Source of the DNA: Batkoa obscura
Taxonomy: Eukaryota
Direction: 5' to 3'
Assembly: GCA_030770535.1 (NCBI GenBank)
Contig: JASVEC010000001.1
Span: 310,001-374,000, forward strand
DNA length: 64,000 bases
Shown: positions 11,613 to 24,336 of the stretch, piece by piece
Layout: each line of letters starts with the position of its first letter
How positions within the stretch are numbered: position 1 is the stretch's first letter
The notes under the pieces: generated by a model
Told to the model about the DNA's origin: nothing
Databases searched by the model: none
Seen by the model: the letters and a program-made list of their open reading frames with translations, nothing else
Translations under genes and position numbers: made by a program

Positions 11613-12139
11613 GATGGTTAAAATAAGTAGACAAATTTAAGGAGAAGATTAAGTAGAATAGAAGCAAAAAAAGGATTATTTAAATATATTAAAAAATGAG
11701 GATTAAATCATTTTGTTTTTATTCTTGTTAATTTATTTTCAGTTATAATTTAAATTAGATGTTATTGTTATATTTTTAGCGACCAATAAACTGCTTTAGT
11801 TCAAAAGCTAATTTATTTGAAATTTGAAATTCACTTTTATGGCTTTGGAAGTATGCACTTCATCGCCAATAGTGATTGGTTATCACAGAATTAAGATTTG
11901 TTAATTGATCATAAACTTTTCATTGAAATTCATTAAAAGCCTTAAAAACAGTAATTGTTTAATTTTTTTTAAATTATTGACGTTAATTCATGCTTTATAA
12001 ATGTGTTACTGTAACTGATAATAAGAAAATTCTTACTGGTATGTTTATGTAATTTAGCTGTTATCATCAGAAAAAGAAGAATATTCTTAAAATTAATACA
12101 TCATGAGCTTATACTAAGCTCAAAACAACGATAATATAT

Positions 12140-12238
12140 GGGGATGTATTTTTGCATTTAAGAATTTTACTAACTATTTTTCTGCTCAAATAGCGCTTAA
12201 AAGATGGAAAAAATGATGAAACTAAAGAAAACATCACC
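12140..12238 (+). mobile_element. ~98-bp MITE
   Basis: Full length with ATAT TSD on both sides. Confidence 0.85.
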
Positions 12239-12871
12239 ATATCGCTATTAACTTCAATGTTGTAAGGCAAAGCTTAATTAAAACATTAACTCCATGATAA
12301 GCCAAAGATAAAAATATGACATGTTTTATGTCATTTTATTATTTTTTCATTTTATAATATACGTATTTCTAATATTTAAATCATATTCACATTTAATTAA
12401 AAAGTAGTACGATACTCATATTTCAACTTTGCCCTATTTTGATAAAATCAATTTGTTTGTTTTGATAAAGTATGCTAATTGGAGTTAAATATTTGCTATA
12501 AATTTCTGAAAATATGTCAATAATTTTAAAAAAAGGGTATGACGATTTTTTAGCGTAGCTGTTTTTTATTTAAAAAAATCCAAAAAATGGATATAGTAAA
12601 ATATAAAATAACCCTCCCCTATCCTAATCTAACAATAGATTACAATAATATTATTATAAACTGCTTTTATTACTAGTTTAACTAACATCAACATAATCAA
12701 AAAAACCCTCTCAATTGTTGTCTTTTACTATTTAACCCTATTTTAAAGTAAGCTAACTTCCCTACATAATTATATAACATTAATCTTCATAAAACACTTG
12801 AAAAAATTTATTAATATTTTAAAAAACTTGAAAAAAGGACTATAACTATACAAATCACATATAAAAAATTA

Positions 12872-14301
12872 TTAATCCAGTGAATCAACATCATCGTCCA
12901 CCTCCTCGTCTGTTTCCCCCTCTATTCCATCCTCTGAGCTTCCATCCTCCAAACCTTCTCCCCTTCTACCTTTATAACAATACTTAACCCCCTCTTCCAA
13001 GTCCCCATACTCCACCGCCTTTGGATGGTTTGAGACAAAGGTATTCATTACCTTTGTTGCATAAGAACCGCAATATTGACAAGCATGATAAATAAAATGA
13101 TACTTAGCTACACTCTTTTTTTCACAATCACAGCATATTATATTACTCCTTTTAGTTCGAAATTCTAAAGGCATTGGGTTTTCGAGTTCTTTGTCGATTA
13201 ATTCAAAATACCTTGTCATATCGCCGAGTGATTTGGAACAGATGGGACATTGATAAGATTCTCTTATTAATTGTTGGAAACACAAATTGTGAATCATATG
13301 TTGACAGTTCTAGAGAGATATAAAATTAAGCTTAAATTATAAAAGAACCTAATTAATATAACCCACTTACCATAAAAATACTTTCTTTAGTTGATGTAAA
13401 CAAATATTCCCCACAAACTGGACAATTCGATTTGCTATTATTTTCAATACATTTATGACCATTAAATAATTGTTTAGCCATACATAAATTGCACTTATCA
13501 CAATGTTGAAAATCAATACCTAACCCTTTTCCCATTCTACAAATACCACAATCATTACAATGATAAATATCTTTTGTTTGATCATCATCCCAAAAGTTAC
13601 ATTTGTTACAATAATAATGACCAAGAGATTTCTTACATCCAGTACAAGTTTGGGAACTTGATTGTTGTAAATGACAATAATTACACATCATCTCAGCCAC
13701 CTGGTGTCTATTGTTTTTCAAATTAAAAAATAAAATCAATTTTTTTTATAGCTGACATGTTATATTAAAACTTACCTGTCCATGACATGGTCATTAACTT
13801 CATCATGGCATAATCGACAAGAATATAATTTATTACAACATGGAGCTAATATCCTTGCTCCTCTTCTATAATGTTTACATCCTAACGGATTGGAATAGTC
13901 AGACTATAGTAAGAATTCAAAGTTTATTGAAGGGAATTTATTGCTATTACTAAACTTACATCGTCTTCATCTAATATATCTTCCCATTCTCCTTCTGAAG
14001 TTTGTCTTTTAATAGTTTTATTACCACTCATCAATTTCTAATTTAATTATCAAAATATGATCCCATTTTACATTTACAAATTTAAAATAAATAGATATCT
14101 TACTTGAACCAACTTTGCTTTTTCTTCATTCTTTATTGACTGATCATTATAAATAGCTTGTATTTTTTTACGCAACTCTTGTTGATTAGGATTCGCTGAT
14201 ATGGATTGATTATTCTTCATTTGATCTCGAAAGGCTTGATATATTTTATACAAGATTATTATGGGCGTTAATAAGATGCTAAGGATGATTTCTAAGATCA
14301 T
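12872..14301 (-). CDS. CHY/CTCHY zinc-finger RING-H2 E3 ligase (Pirh2/RCHY1-like), 5 exons
   Basis: Spliced GCKHYRRGARILAPCCNKLYSCRLCHDE (CHY), YYCNKCNFWDDD..YHCNDCGICRMG, RING CPVCGE..CQHMIHNLC..CPICSKS, and zinc ribbon CCDCEK..YHACQYCGSY. The start codon is uncertain. Confidence 0.88.
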
Positions 14302-14481
14302 TCAAAAAGAAGAGATTGATGAGCTACAGTTGTAATGAGTTTAGTAAAAGCGCTTTTATTTGCATGATTTTAAGATTTTTTTTGATTGGAATCCCAGTTT
14401 TTTTAAGAGTTAATAGGGTTGGATAACTCATTGGAGTATTTTACTTTTTTTATTATTTTGGATTTTATAAAGATATAAAAA

Positions 14482-14755
14482 ATGGAAGCTGAATTAAAGA
14501 TAACTGTGAATTTTAGGTACTTTTAATATTATTTTACCAGCCCTTATCATAACTAATCCCTCTTATTTTATTCGTTTTTAACAACTTAGTGGTGGTATGG
14601 AATTATTGTTTGATAATCAAACCAAAGTCAGCATCACTACTCCATCAAAAAATTCCCAAGGTTCTGCTTTTACAATGAAAGATTTGATTCATTTTGTTAA
14701 AAATAATTTATTAAAAGAAAGAGAAGAATTATTTGTTATGGATGATACTGTGTAA

Positions 14756-14796
<41 letters not shown>

Positions 14797-14993
14797 CATA
14801 ATTTATTTATATACATTCTTTTTTAACCTGATCGTTTGTTTATATATTTTTTATTAATATAAATGATTTCTCTAGTCGTCCTGGTATCTTAGTCCTTATC
14901 AATGATTGTGATTGGGAATTAGAAGGTGAAACAGATTATGAAATTCAAGATAAAGATGATATTGTATTTATTTCTACTTTACATGGGGGTTAA
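14482..14993 (+). CDS. URM1: Ubiquitin-related modifier 1 (3 exons)
   Basis: Hand-spliced [19 protein letters not shown]...[30 protein letters not shown]...FISTLHGG*. Confidence 0.95.
14757..14795. repeat. (ATT)n microsatellite in URM1 intron 2
   Basis: Direct tandem run. Confidence 0.9.
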
Positions 14994-15101
14994 TCATATA
15001 GTAATAAAAATAGAGTAAAATAAAACATACTAATGAAAATTTAGAATATTTATCACAATTTATTTATTTTTATTTAGTATATTTTAATATTGCTATATGT
15101 C

Positions 15102-16097
15102 TTATTCGTTCTCCAATTTTAACCAATCATGAGCTTTTTTCAACACCAATAAACTTTTTTCTTCTTCTGAATCTTCTTCAGGTTGATGATCAAATTCCCA
15201 TCTAGCTGTTAAAGGCAAAGAAACCAATATGTTTTCCGCTCTAATACCTGGCACTTTTAAACCAAAATGAGTACCTCTATCATAAACTAAATTAAATTCC
15301 ACATATCTACCACGTCTCAATTGTTGCCATACTTTATTATTCTCATTATATTCCGTATCTTTTCTTTTTTTAACTATTGGGAAATAAGCGGGTATAAAAG
15401 CATTAGCACTATCTTTAACTAAACTAAAGACGGCCTCTTTTCCACCTTTAAGACCATCTTTATTGTACTCTTCACCTGTCAAATCATCAAAAAAAATACC
15501 ACCGATACCACGATGTTCTTCTCTATGAGGTAAATAAAAATATTCATCACACCATTTTTTAAATTTAGGATAATATTGTTCTCCATGCTTATCTAATGCA
15601 TTTTTAATCTCCCTATGAAAATGAATTGCATCTTCTTCAAAATAATAACTTGGTGTTAAATCACTACCTCCACCGAACCACCAAACTAATGGCTCTTCAC
15701 TATTTTTATCATTTACCTCAAAATAACGATAATTTAAATGAACTGTTGGAGCAAATGGATTCACTGGATGAAATACTAAAGATAATCCAGTAGCTAAATA
15801 GGGATGCTCTCCTTCTGGAATTTTCCACCCACGGGCATTCAATTGTTGTCGTCTGGCTTCTCTGAGTTTATCTTTGACAATCGACATGGTCACACCTGCT
15901 TTTTCAAAGGTGCTACCATCTTGGAAGACGATGATGCGCCCTCGGTGGTCCCCTCGGGTCCATTCATCTACTTTGGGAGTGAGAGTAGGTTCGAGGAGTT
16001 TAAGTTCATCCACAATGCGATCTTGTAAATCAGTGAGGAAGGAAATCATACGTTCATGGATTGGTTGACCATGGTCTTTAGTTGTTTGGGTTGCCAT
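15102..16097 (-). CDS. HEM13: Coproporphyrinogen III oxidase (oxygen-dependent)
   Basis: FEKAGV, HPVNPFAPTVHLNYRYF, WWFGGGSDLTP, RGIGGIFFDD, RRGRYVEFNLVYDRGT. First ATG is at 16097. Confidence 0.95.
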   Translation of the reverse strand: MATQTTKDHGQPIHERMISFLTDLQDRIVDELKLLEPTLTPKVDEWTRGDHRGRIIVFQDGSTFEKAGVTMSIVKDKLREARRQQLNARGWKIPEGEHPYLATGLSLVFHPVNPFAPTVHLNYRYFEVNDKNSEEPLVWWFGGGSDLTPSYYFEEDAIHFHREIKNALDKHGEQYYPKFKKWCDEYFYLPHREEHRGIGGIFFDDLTGEEYNKDGLKGGKEAVFSLVKDSANAFIPAYFPIVKKRKDTEYNENNKVWQQLRRGRYVEFNLVYDRGTHFGLKVPGIRAENILVSLPLTARWEFDHQPEEDSEEEKSLLVLKKAHDWLKLENE

Positions 16098-16310
16098 TTT
16101 TCTTTGCTTCAATAAAAAGATGGTTTTTGAAAAACAAAATCAACCAAATAATTTATATCTCAATTGAATGTGGATCGTTATATTTTATCTTCAATTTTAT
16201 TGGATTGAGAATTTTATATCACGTCATAAAATTCAATCTTAAAATTTTTTATATTTATTTTAATTCAATAATATCAAACGACAATATTCAATAAATATCA
16301 CCAACAAAAG

Positions 16311-18529
16311 ATGCCGTCCACACATAGTGAAAAATCTTCCCCAATAACTAAACCACGACGATTTAAAAAAATGGAAACCTTTAATAAAATTACGATTTAT
16401 GAAACGAAAACCCGACTATATATCGTTGGCTCCAATTATTATGAAAATTATCGAATATTAAAAATCGATCGAACTACTCCTAAAGAATTAAATTTAAGTT
16501 TTGATAACGTAGATTATACATCTAAAGAATGTAGTGATTTATTATTAAGGATTCATTTGGGTAATCAACATATTGGTGGTTTGACCAGGGTTCTTAATTG
16601 TTTTGGGTTGGTTGGTAAGTTTATTTATTCTATAAAAGTTTAGATTTTTATGATCAAAAACCATAATTGACTTTTAATTTAAGGGTTTGTTAAATTTACT
16701 CAAGGCTATTATATATGCTTGATAACAAAAAGAAAAGCCATTGCTTGTATTGGTGGTAGTTATATTTATCATATTGAAGATACAACAATGTTAGATATTT
16801 CAGAGCCATTTAATAAAATTGAAAATAAATCCGAAGAAGAAAGGTAATAATCAATAATAATACATTATTTTTAATTAAATTATAATCTTTCTTTAGATAC
16901 ATTAATATTTTCTCTAATGTCGATCTCTCAAAAAACTTTTATTTTAGTTATAATTATAATTTAACTCAAAGTTTACAAAATAATATTAATGATTTAATTA
17001 ATAATGATTTTAATATAAATACTCGATTTGTTTGGAATCACCACTTATTAAAAAATGGTTTTGGTAAAAAATGTTTATTAAATTCTTCCCCTTGGATATT
17101 ACCATTAATTCATGGTTTTTTGGATCAAGCTAGTAAGCTATTTATTATATGTTATTTTGTTCATTTTATACAACTCCTTAACTTTAACTATAGGAATTTC
17201 CATTTTAGGTCGTAGTATTTATATAACTCTCATAGCTCGACGATCACGTTATTTCGCTGGAGCGCGTTTTTTAAAACGTGGTAGTAATGAAGAAGGTCAG
17301 GTAGCCAATGAAGTAGAAACAGAACAAATTGTAAATGATAGTACTATCACTAGTCTCATTGTAGATAATCAACTCAATCCAAACTATACCTCTTATTTAC
17401 AACATCGTGGCTCCATTCCTTTATGTTGGGGTCAAGATAATTCGAATATGGCACCTAAACCAAGTATCCATATATTAAAAAGAGATCCTTTTGCAACAAT
17501 GGCAGCTGGTCATTTTAACGATTTGTTTTTGAGATATGGGAATAAAGTTATTGTGTTAAATCTAATTAAAAGAAAAGAAAAAACACCAAGGGAAAGTAAA
17601 TTACTAAAAGAGTTTAATCAAGCTATTGAATATTTGAAATCTTGTGTTGAAGAAGAAGATAAAAATCAATTATATTATGTGGAATGGGATATGTCAAGAG
17701 CATCTAAAAGGTAATAATATTTTCCTTTATAAAAATTAAATGGAATATTGGCTATTAAAATTGGATTATTTTTTTATTTAGCCCAGACGAAGATGTTATT
17801 GAATATTTAGAAAATTTTGCTGAAGATGCTTTACAACAAACGAATTTTTTTCATTCAGGGGCGGAACTATACGCTTGGAGTAGTAATAAAGAGAAAGAGA
17901 AAGAGTAAGTGTATTATCATTGTTATTTATCTAATGATATATTCTAATGAAATCATTTTATTTTTAATATTAAAAGTAATAATAATCAACAATACAAATT
18001 TTTATTACAGAATGGTATTGTACGTACTAATTGTATTGATTGTATTGACCGTACTAATGCAGCTCAATTTTTAATTGGTATATTAATATAGGCTAATAAT
18101 ATAATAATAATAATATTTCATTTATTTAGGTAAATGTGCTTTATCTCATCAATTACATGCATTAGGAGTTATAATGGATACTTATTTACCATTTGATTGT
18201 GATGCAGTTGATATGTTAACAGAAATGTATCATGATCATGGGGATACTTTAGCATTACAATATGGAGGATCTAATTTAGTTAACACTATGGCAACTTATA
18301 GAAATAATAATCGTAATTGGTCATCCCATTCAAGAGATATTGTTGAAGCTATTAGAAGATTTTATACAAATTCATTTGTAGATGCAGATAAACAAGATGG
18401 TATGAATTTATTTTTAGGTAAATTTAAAGTAGATGGTAAAAAAGGACCAAAGTTATGGGAACTTCCTACAGATTATTATTTACATAATCCACCTTCCATG
18501 AAATTCAAATATAGAAAGTAAGTATTTTA

Positions 18530-18576
<47 letters not shown>

Positions 18577-19514
18577 TTAATTTAATTTAATTTAGTTATA
18601 TTAACTGGTTAAATAGTCAAGAAATTGAATATAAAATAATGCTACAAACAACTACATTTTTTAAAAAAGATAAAATATTAACGATGAAAATGAATAATTA
18701 TCCTATATACTGGCTAGAATATTATAAACCCTATCAATTTAGTTCATTTAATAAATTATTATGTTTTAATTTAAATGGAACGGATATTATTAGAAATAGT
18801 CATGAAACTAATAATAATAATAACGGGAGTGAAATGAGAGATATGTTTTATTCCCCATTTATTGTTTATAAAAACAAACTCAATACTTTGGAGAACTTTA
18901 ATAATGAAGATAGTACAATTGATAGTAATAATAATAATAATAATGAACAATCAAATAAAGAAAATAATATAGTTCGATTTGGTAAATGGTTTTCTTTATC
19001 CAATAGTAATAAAACTATTAAAGATGGGAAAGGTAGAAGATCTAATATAATATTAAACAAAGAAGAAAAAATATTGAGTAATCAAAGGCAGGAATTATTA
19101 AGTTTACCAGAATCTGAAATTAAAACGATTGTTGAAAATTTAAATAATGAATTAGATGATAAACAATTAGATGTTTATAAACAATATTTAAATATAGGAA
19201 AAATGGATAATAGTAATATAAATAATAATGATATTAGTAATATAAATAACAATGATATTAGTAATATAAACAATATTATTAACGATGATTTTGAATACTC
19301 TTATTATTCCAATATCAGTAAAAATAATGATAATATTATAATCTCACATCAAGATCAAAGTTTATATGATTCATTTATCAATTTTAATAAAGAAATTGCA
19401 TTTGATCGAAACTATGAAGCTTATAATAATTATTTTAAAACAGGAAAATTTAAAAGTAGTAAATGGATGAACGTTAATAATAATTTAACTCCTTATTCAA
19501 CGATTTCAAAGTAG
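16311..19514 (+). CDS. FIG4: SAC-domain PI(3,5)P2 5-phosphatase (8 exons)
   Basis: [54 protein letters not shown], catalytic [28 protein letters not shown]. Introns are GT-AG. Confidence 0.92.
18531..18576. repeat. (TAA)n microsatellite in the last FIG4 intron
   Basis: Direct tandem run. Confidence 0.9.
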
Positions 19515-20846
19515 AATCGAGTGGAAGAGAGGATGAATAAGATTCATAACGGAAAGTTAATATACTTTATTACATTAGAAGGAAATTTAGCAAATAAGGG
19601 GCGTTTGGGTGGAGTAAAATTATATTGCAAAGGTTGAAGTGAGGTTATGGTTTTAAATAAGCGAGTTAAGTTTATTTTTTACTTGTAAATAAATAATCAT
19701 GCTTAAAAAAGACAAAATTATTGATTACAATAATAATTTTTATATTTGAATTTTCTAATACAGAAACTTTTTCGATTAATAGTTATTTTATCTAAAAACA
19801 TTAATCTTTTTGTAATTCATTTTTTTACTGTTACAATCATATACTTTTACCAATATTTTTCATATAAAAAAATAAAAATTTATTTCTAAAATTACTTAAT
19901 ATCAATTTTCATATTTTAACTATTGAATAACTTGAACTTAATTTTATAATATATCAATAAAAATAAATTAAATAATTAAAATTAGCTTAAACTAATTCCA
20001 CCTTTTTTTTTGATAAAATTTAAAGATGGGGGGACACTCAAGTAATTTTATAATTAAAAATAAAAAAACTAAGTGTTAAAGGAATAAAAATTTAAAAAAT
20101 GATTAGCATGCTAGAGGATTAAAAAAGTATGCAATTGATAGAAATAGTAAATTTCAAGTGAACCAATCGCGGATTTAAAAAAGTTCCACTTCATTGCTCA
20201 CAATTTCAGTTTAAAGTAAAATTTGAACAATATTAAGTGGGGCATAATATTATCAGTTGACAGTTTTATGTATGTAATATATATTGTTGAATGCTTTATA
20301 GTCACAAGGGAGCTCTGAAGCAATTATAGAAAAAGAGGAAAAATTGTACTTTCTTATATATAATATATCTTAATTATTTACTACAGTATTTTAAATAATT
20401 TTATTAACTAAAATCCATTTATAAAATACATGTCCAATATTGAATTTACTTTGATATTAATATTTTAAAATCAATTGTAGATATATTATATAATTAAATT
20501 AAAGCTTTAATTGTTAGTTTTTATACTTTTCAATTGATTTCTTATTATAATTATAACCAATTATAAACTGTTCTTTAAACTACATCTGCTTTACTACACT
20601 CTTTAATACAGTATTTTGAATCTTTCATGGCTATATCAAGAAAAAAAATTGAACAGGTCAATCAATTATTGAAAATAATTTAAATTCATTTGTTCAAATA
20701 ATTTTTTTGATATACCCAAAGACTAAAATCGTTTTTTTGTTTTTTATTTCTGTTTTTTATGCAACGTAAAATCTAAAATCATTATTAGTCAATTACTATT
20801 GAAAATTTGAAACTGAATTTTCAATTTAACTAATACTAAAAAAATT

Positions 20847-20958
20847 TAAGCGTAAAATTGGGCATTTTTAATTTGGTATTTACTTAATATAAAATAGATA
20901 AAGTCATTATAATTCAACTCAGTAAATGCGAAATTAGAAATGCCCAATTCTACGTTTA
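20847..20958. repeat. Foldback/MITE-like inverted repeat (~40-bp arms)
   Basis: aagcgtaaaattgggcatttttaatttggtatttact pairs with agtaaatgcgaaattagaaatgcccaattctacgttt. Confidence 0.7.
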
Positions 20959-21221
20959 ATAAAATTTAATAATAATGTATAAAAAATAATTTATTAAAAT
21001 AAAGCAATTAAAACATTTTAATTAACAACTAAAAAACAGTAATTTATTTTGATTAATAGTCCGATTAATAATAAATTCTAATTTTTAATATAAGCAAGTT
21101 TAAAAGCTTGATTAAAATTAGAAATAAAATTTTTTAATTTCATTTTTTGACCATTTTCTGTGGCATAAATTTAAAAAAAATATTAGTCAAATAATAGACA
21201 AAAAACGTTTTAATATATAAT

Positions 21222-21328
21222 TTAAAATTAAGCAAAAATGTAACTATTTTTGTAGCATTTGGTGTTTAATATGTAATTTTTGCTAAAATCAAAATTGAAC
21301 AAAATTTGAATTAAGCTTTTAAACTAAT
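21222..21328 (+). repeat. ~105-bp dispersed repeat; inverted copy at 24057-24163
   Basis: The core aaaaatgtaactatttttgtagcatttggtgtttaatat is the reverse complement of 24113-24151, and similarity extends on both sides. Confidence 0.8.
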
Positions 21329-22671
21329 CCACACCTTTTTTTATTTTTACTCAAGTTTCTAAAAATTTAATGTTTAAACTGTTAGAGTAACTTATTATAT
21401 TAAATTAATTAAAATTTAAGCTATAAATATTAATATAAATAATTTTATATTGCTAATATATTAATATTTTTTAATAATTCAATTTATTTATTTATAGTTA
21501 TTAAAAATTTATTTATAGTTATTAAAAATTTATTTAAAATTTATTTATTTATTATAAAATTAATTTTTTTAAAATTGAAATGTTATAGATATAGTGCTGC
21601 TATAATTAAATTTTTTATATAAAACTTGTTTTTAATTATAAAAAAAATCACTATTGTAAATAAAAACTTTTTTATATTTTAATAACAATCAGTAATTAGT
21701 AAAAAAAGTTTATAGTAATATCAAATAAATAAAAAATTTCTTTTATTTTATTTTTATATCTAGTTTTTCTCTAATTATTCTAATTTATAACTATTTTTAG
21801 CATTTATAAAATAGCTAGTAATGAGTATATAAACATTTAATTTATTTCAGTATTAATATTTAATATATCAAAAATTAACAATTTAGCTAAACTTTAAAAA
21901 TAATGTCCAAGTTAATTAAAGTTTTATTATTATTGGTTAGAATTTTTTTTTTTAAAAATTAACAATTATGATTTATTAATAATAATTTTGATAGCATTTT
22001 CAAATAAAAAATAAAAAATGTTATTATTATTATTAAATATAGGGTATTATTAATAATATTTTATTCATTATTTTATTATTTTTTATTTAGAGTTACCAAG
22101 CTTTTTAAAGTATAGATTTATAGTTTTCTTTCAATGGTTTCAATCAACCTCTTGTTTCTTAAAAAAAATCACTTTGTAATCACTTTCAAAGTTGACAACT
22201 TTACCTTAGAGGGTTTAAAGAAGATAAAAATTTGAAACGGAGTTAGGGACTTTAAAAATGAAAGTAAAAAAAAAAGTAAAAAAAAAAAAGATTAATTAAA
22301 ATTTACTAGAGAACCTCTAATAACTTGAAATTGATATCAAAAGAGAGGCTAAATATGTTAGTTTATGTTTGTAGATTTCAAATTAAATATTGTAAAATTA
22401 CTAAAAATAAAGATAGATGATTTTTATTTTAAATTCTTAGTTATTAATTTATTAACTAAGGGTAATAAAAGAATGTGAAATTTCATTGGAGAATTAACTA
22501 GAGGCTCTAAAAAAAATATGATCCTAATAAATTCGGATCTTTTTTATTCTTTATTGTTTATATTTTTTCAACATCTAATTCTCAACTCTGTTTAAAAGCT
22601 GTGCTTTTTAACTTTTATCAATACTCTTTCTTTTAAATTTTTATAATTTTATAATTTATTAAATAATACAC

Positions 22672-22727
22672 TTAACAATTAACAATTAACAATTAACAAT
22701 TAACAATTAACAAGTAACAAGTAACAA
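22672..22727. repeat. (TAACAAT/TAACAAG)n heptamer array just before the RGS start codon
   Basis: About 8 tandem units. Confidence 0.85.
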
Positions 22728-22736
22728 GGACATTCT

Positions 22737-23864
22737 ATGTTTTTCAATAAATTGTTTAGTTCTAAACCCAGCTTAGAAGATATCTTGAGTAACTCCAGTT
22801 TACCACCTTATTCCTTACATGATTTTCGAAACTATTTATTTTATTATGAACATACTTTAGAAAACTTAGAATTCTTATTTTGGTATGATAACTATCTAAT
22901 TCGATACAATCAAAAGCAATATCATAAACAATATAAGATTTTAGTTGATGCAAGTAATTTACCCAACTCGATATTGACTTTAATTCCAATAGGTGAAAAG
23001 AACTTAATCCCAAATCAACTTAATATTAATACTAATAATATCATTATTGAAGATCAATTAGTTCAATTTTGTAAACAAACTTCCCCATTTTGTGATGAAT
23101 TACAAGATATTTTAAATTTATTTTTAGTACCTAATGCACCAATGGAATTGAATTTAGCTTATTCAATAAAGAAAGGAGTATTATTAAATAATTATTTAGA
23201 AACTAATCCAGAACGTTTAAGTCCAATTGCTAATCATTGTTATGAAATATTATCTCAATCTTATTCTAAATTTTTATTACATAATTCCAAGTTAAAATGT
23301 CAATGTGGTACTGTTAAAAGATTATCTCCAAGTATTTTATTATATATAATAGTTATTATTATGTTAATTAATTTCATCTTATTTCAACTTAATCCATTAA
23401 TTCGATTAGCTATTTTACCTTTATTATTTTTAGCTAATCTATTACCCTTTATAACTGTAGTTAGTTCCTGTCCAATTCAATTAGTTAATCAATTTAAGCA
23501 TACCAGTCGAAATTGTTCTAATAATAAGAATGAAACTTGTTGTTCAGATGAAAAATCACAAGTTACTATGACACCATCTGAAAAAGCACCTGTGCCATCT
23601 TCCCCTATTTCTCAATGGGGTAAAGATCCATTTTATCGTTATTTATTAAATCATACCGCTAATAATAAAACATGTGAAATTAATGGTCAATGTTCCATAT
23701 TTAAAGATCCATATGAGTCCGTGGATAATGTTCATATTCCTAGTTTAAGTTGTACATTTAAACTTAGGTTTCTACTTTATTCTTTACTTTTAAGTTTATG
23801 TTTAATGTTACCAGTGTATTTTATTCCTAATGTTAATCTTGGTTTAATAAATGAAATAAATTAA
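22737..23864 (+). CDS. RGS-domain membrane protein (Rax1-like)
   Basis: PSLEDILS..LPPYSLHDFRNYL..EHTLENLEFLFW and FLVPNAPMELNL, followed by about 3 hydrophobic segments. Confidence 0.8.
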   Translation: MFFNKLFSSKPSLEDILSNSSLPPYSLHDFRNYLFYYEHTLENLEFLFWYDNYLIRYNQKQYHKQYKILVDASNLPNSILTLIPIGEKNLIPNQLNINTNNIIIEDQLVQFCKQTSPFCDELQDILNLFLVPNAPMELNLAYSIKKGVLLNNYLETNPERLSPIANHCYEILSQSYSKFLLHNSKLKCQCGTVKRLSPSILLYIIVIIMLINFILFQLNPLIRLAILPLLFLANLLPFITVVSSCPIQLVNQFKHTSRNCSNNKNETCCSDEKSQVTMTPSEKAPVPSSPISQWGKDPFYRYLLNHTANNKTCEINGQCSIFKDPYESVDNVHIPSLSCTFKLRFLLYSLLLSLCLMLPVYFIPNVNLGLINEIN

Positions 23865-24056
23865 TTCAATTACTGAAGTTGTTTATTAACAACCCTTTTT
23901 ACTTTGAATAATCGCTCTTTTTCTAATTTAATTAAATAATCTATTTTTTTATGTTTGAATCTTTTTAACAGTTTGAAGTAAATTTGTTAGTGATTCTGAT
24001 TCAATTATAACAAAATCTCAATAAATAACATGAAATCAGTTATAGAATATAATATA

Positions 24057-24163
24057 ATTAGTTTAAAAACTCAACTCAGATTTTGTTCAATTTGATTTTT
24101 AGCAAAAATTATATATTAAACACCAAATGCTACAAAAATAGTTACATTTTTACTTAATTTTAA
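24057..24163 (-). repeat. Inverted copy of the 21222-21328 repeat
   Basis: Reverse-complement match to 21222-21328. Confidence 0.8.
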
Positions 24164-24280
24164 TTTTTAATGAAAAATGTCAAATTATTTCTTTTATTGT
24201 TGATTATTTATATTTAATTACATCATTTAATAAAAAAATAAAATATATTATTAAAAAAATAATTAATAGTAATAATAGTA

Positions 24281-24334
<54 letters not shown>
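24281..24334. repeat. (ATT)n microsatellite
   Basis: Direct tandem run. Confidence 0.9.

Positions 24335-24336
<2 letters not shown>

Noticed and set aside
20100..20115. gattagcatg resembling U6 snRNA
   Set aside because: No ACAGAGA box or other U6 sequence around it.
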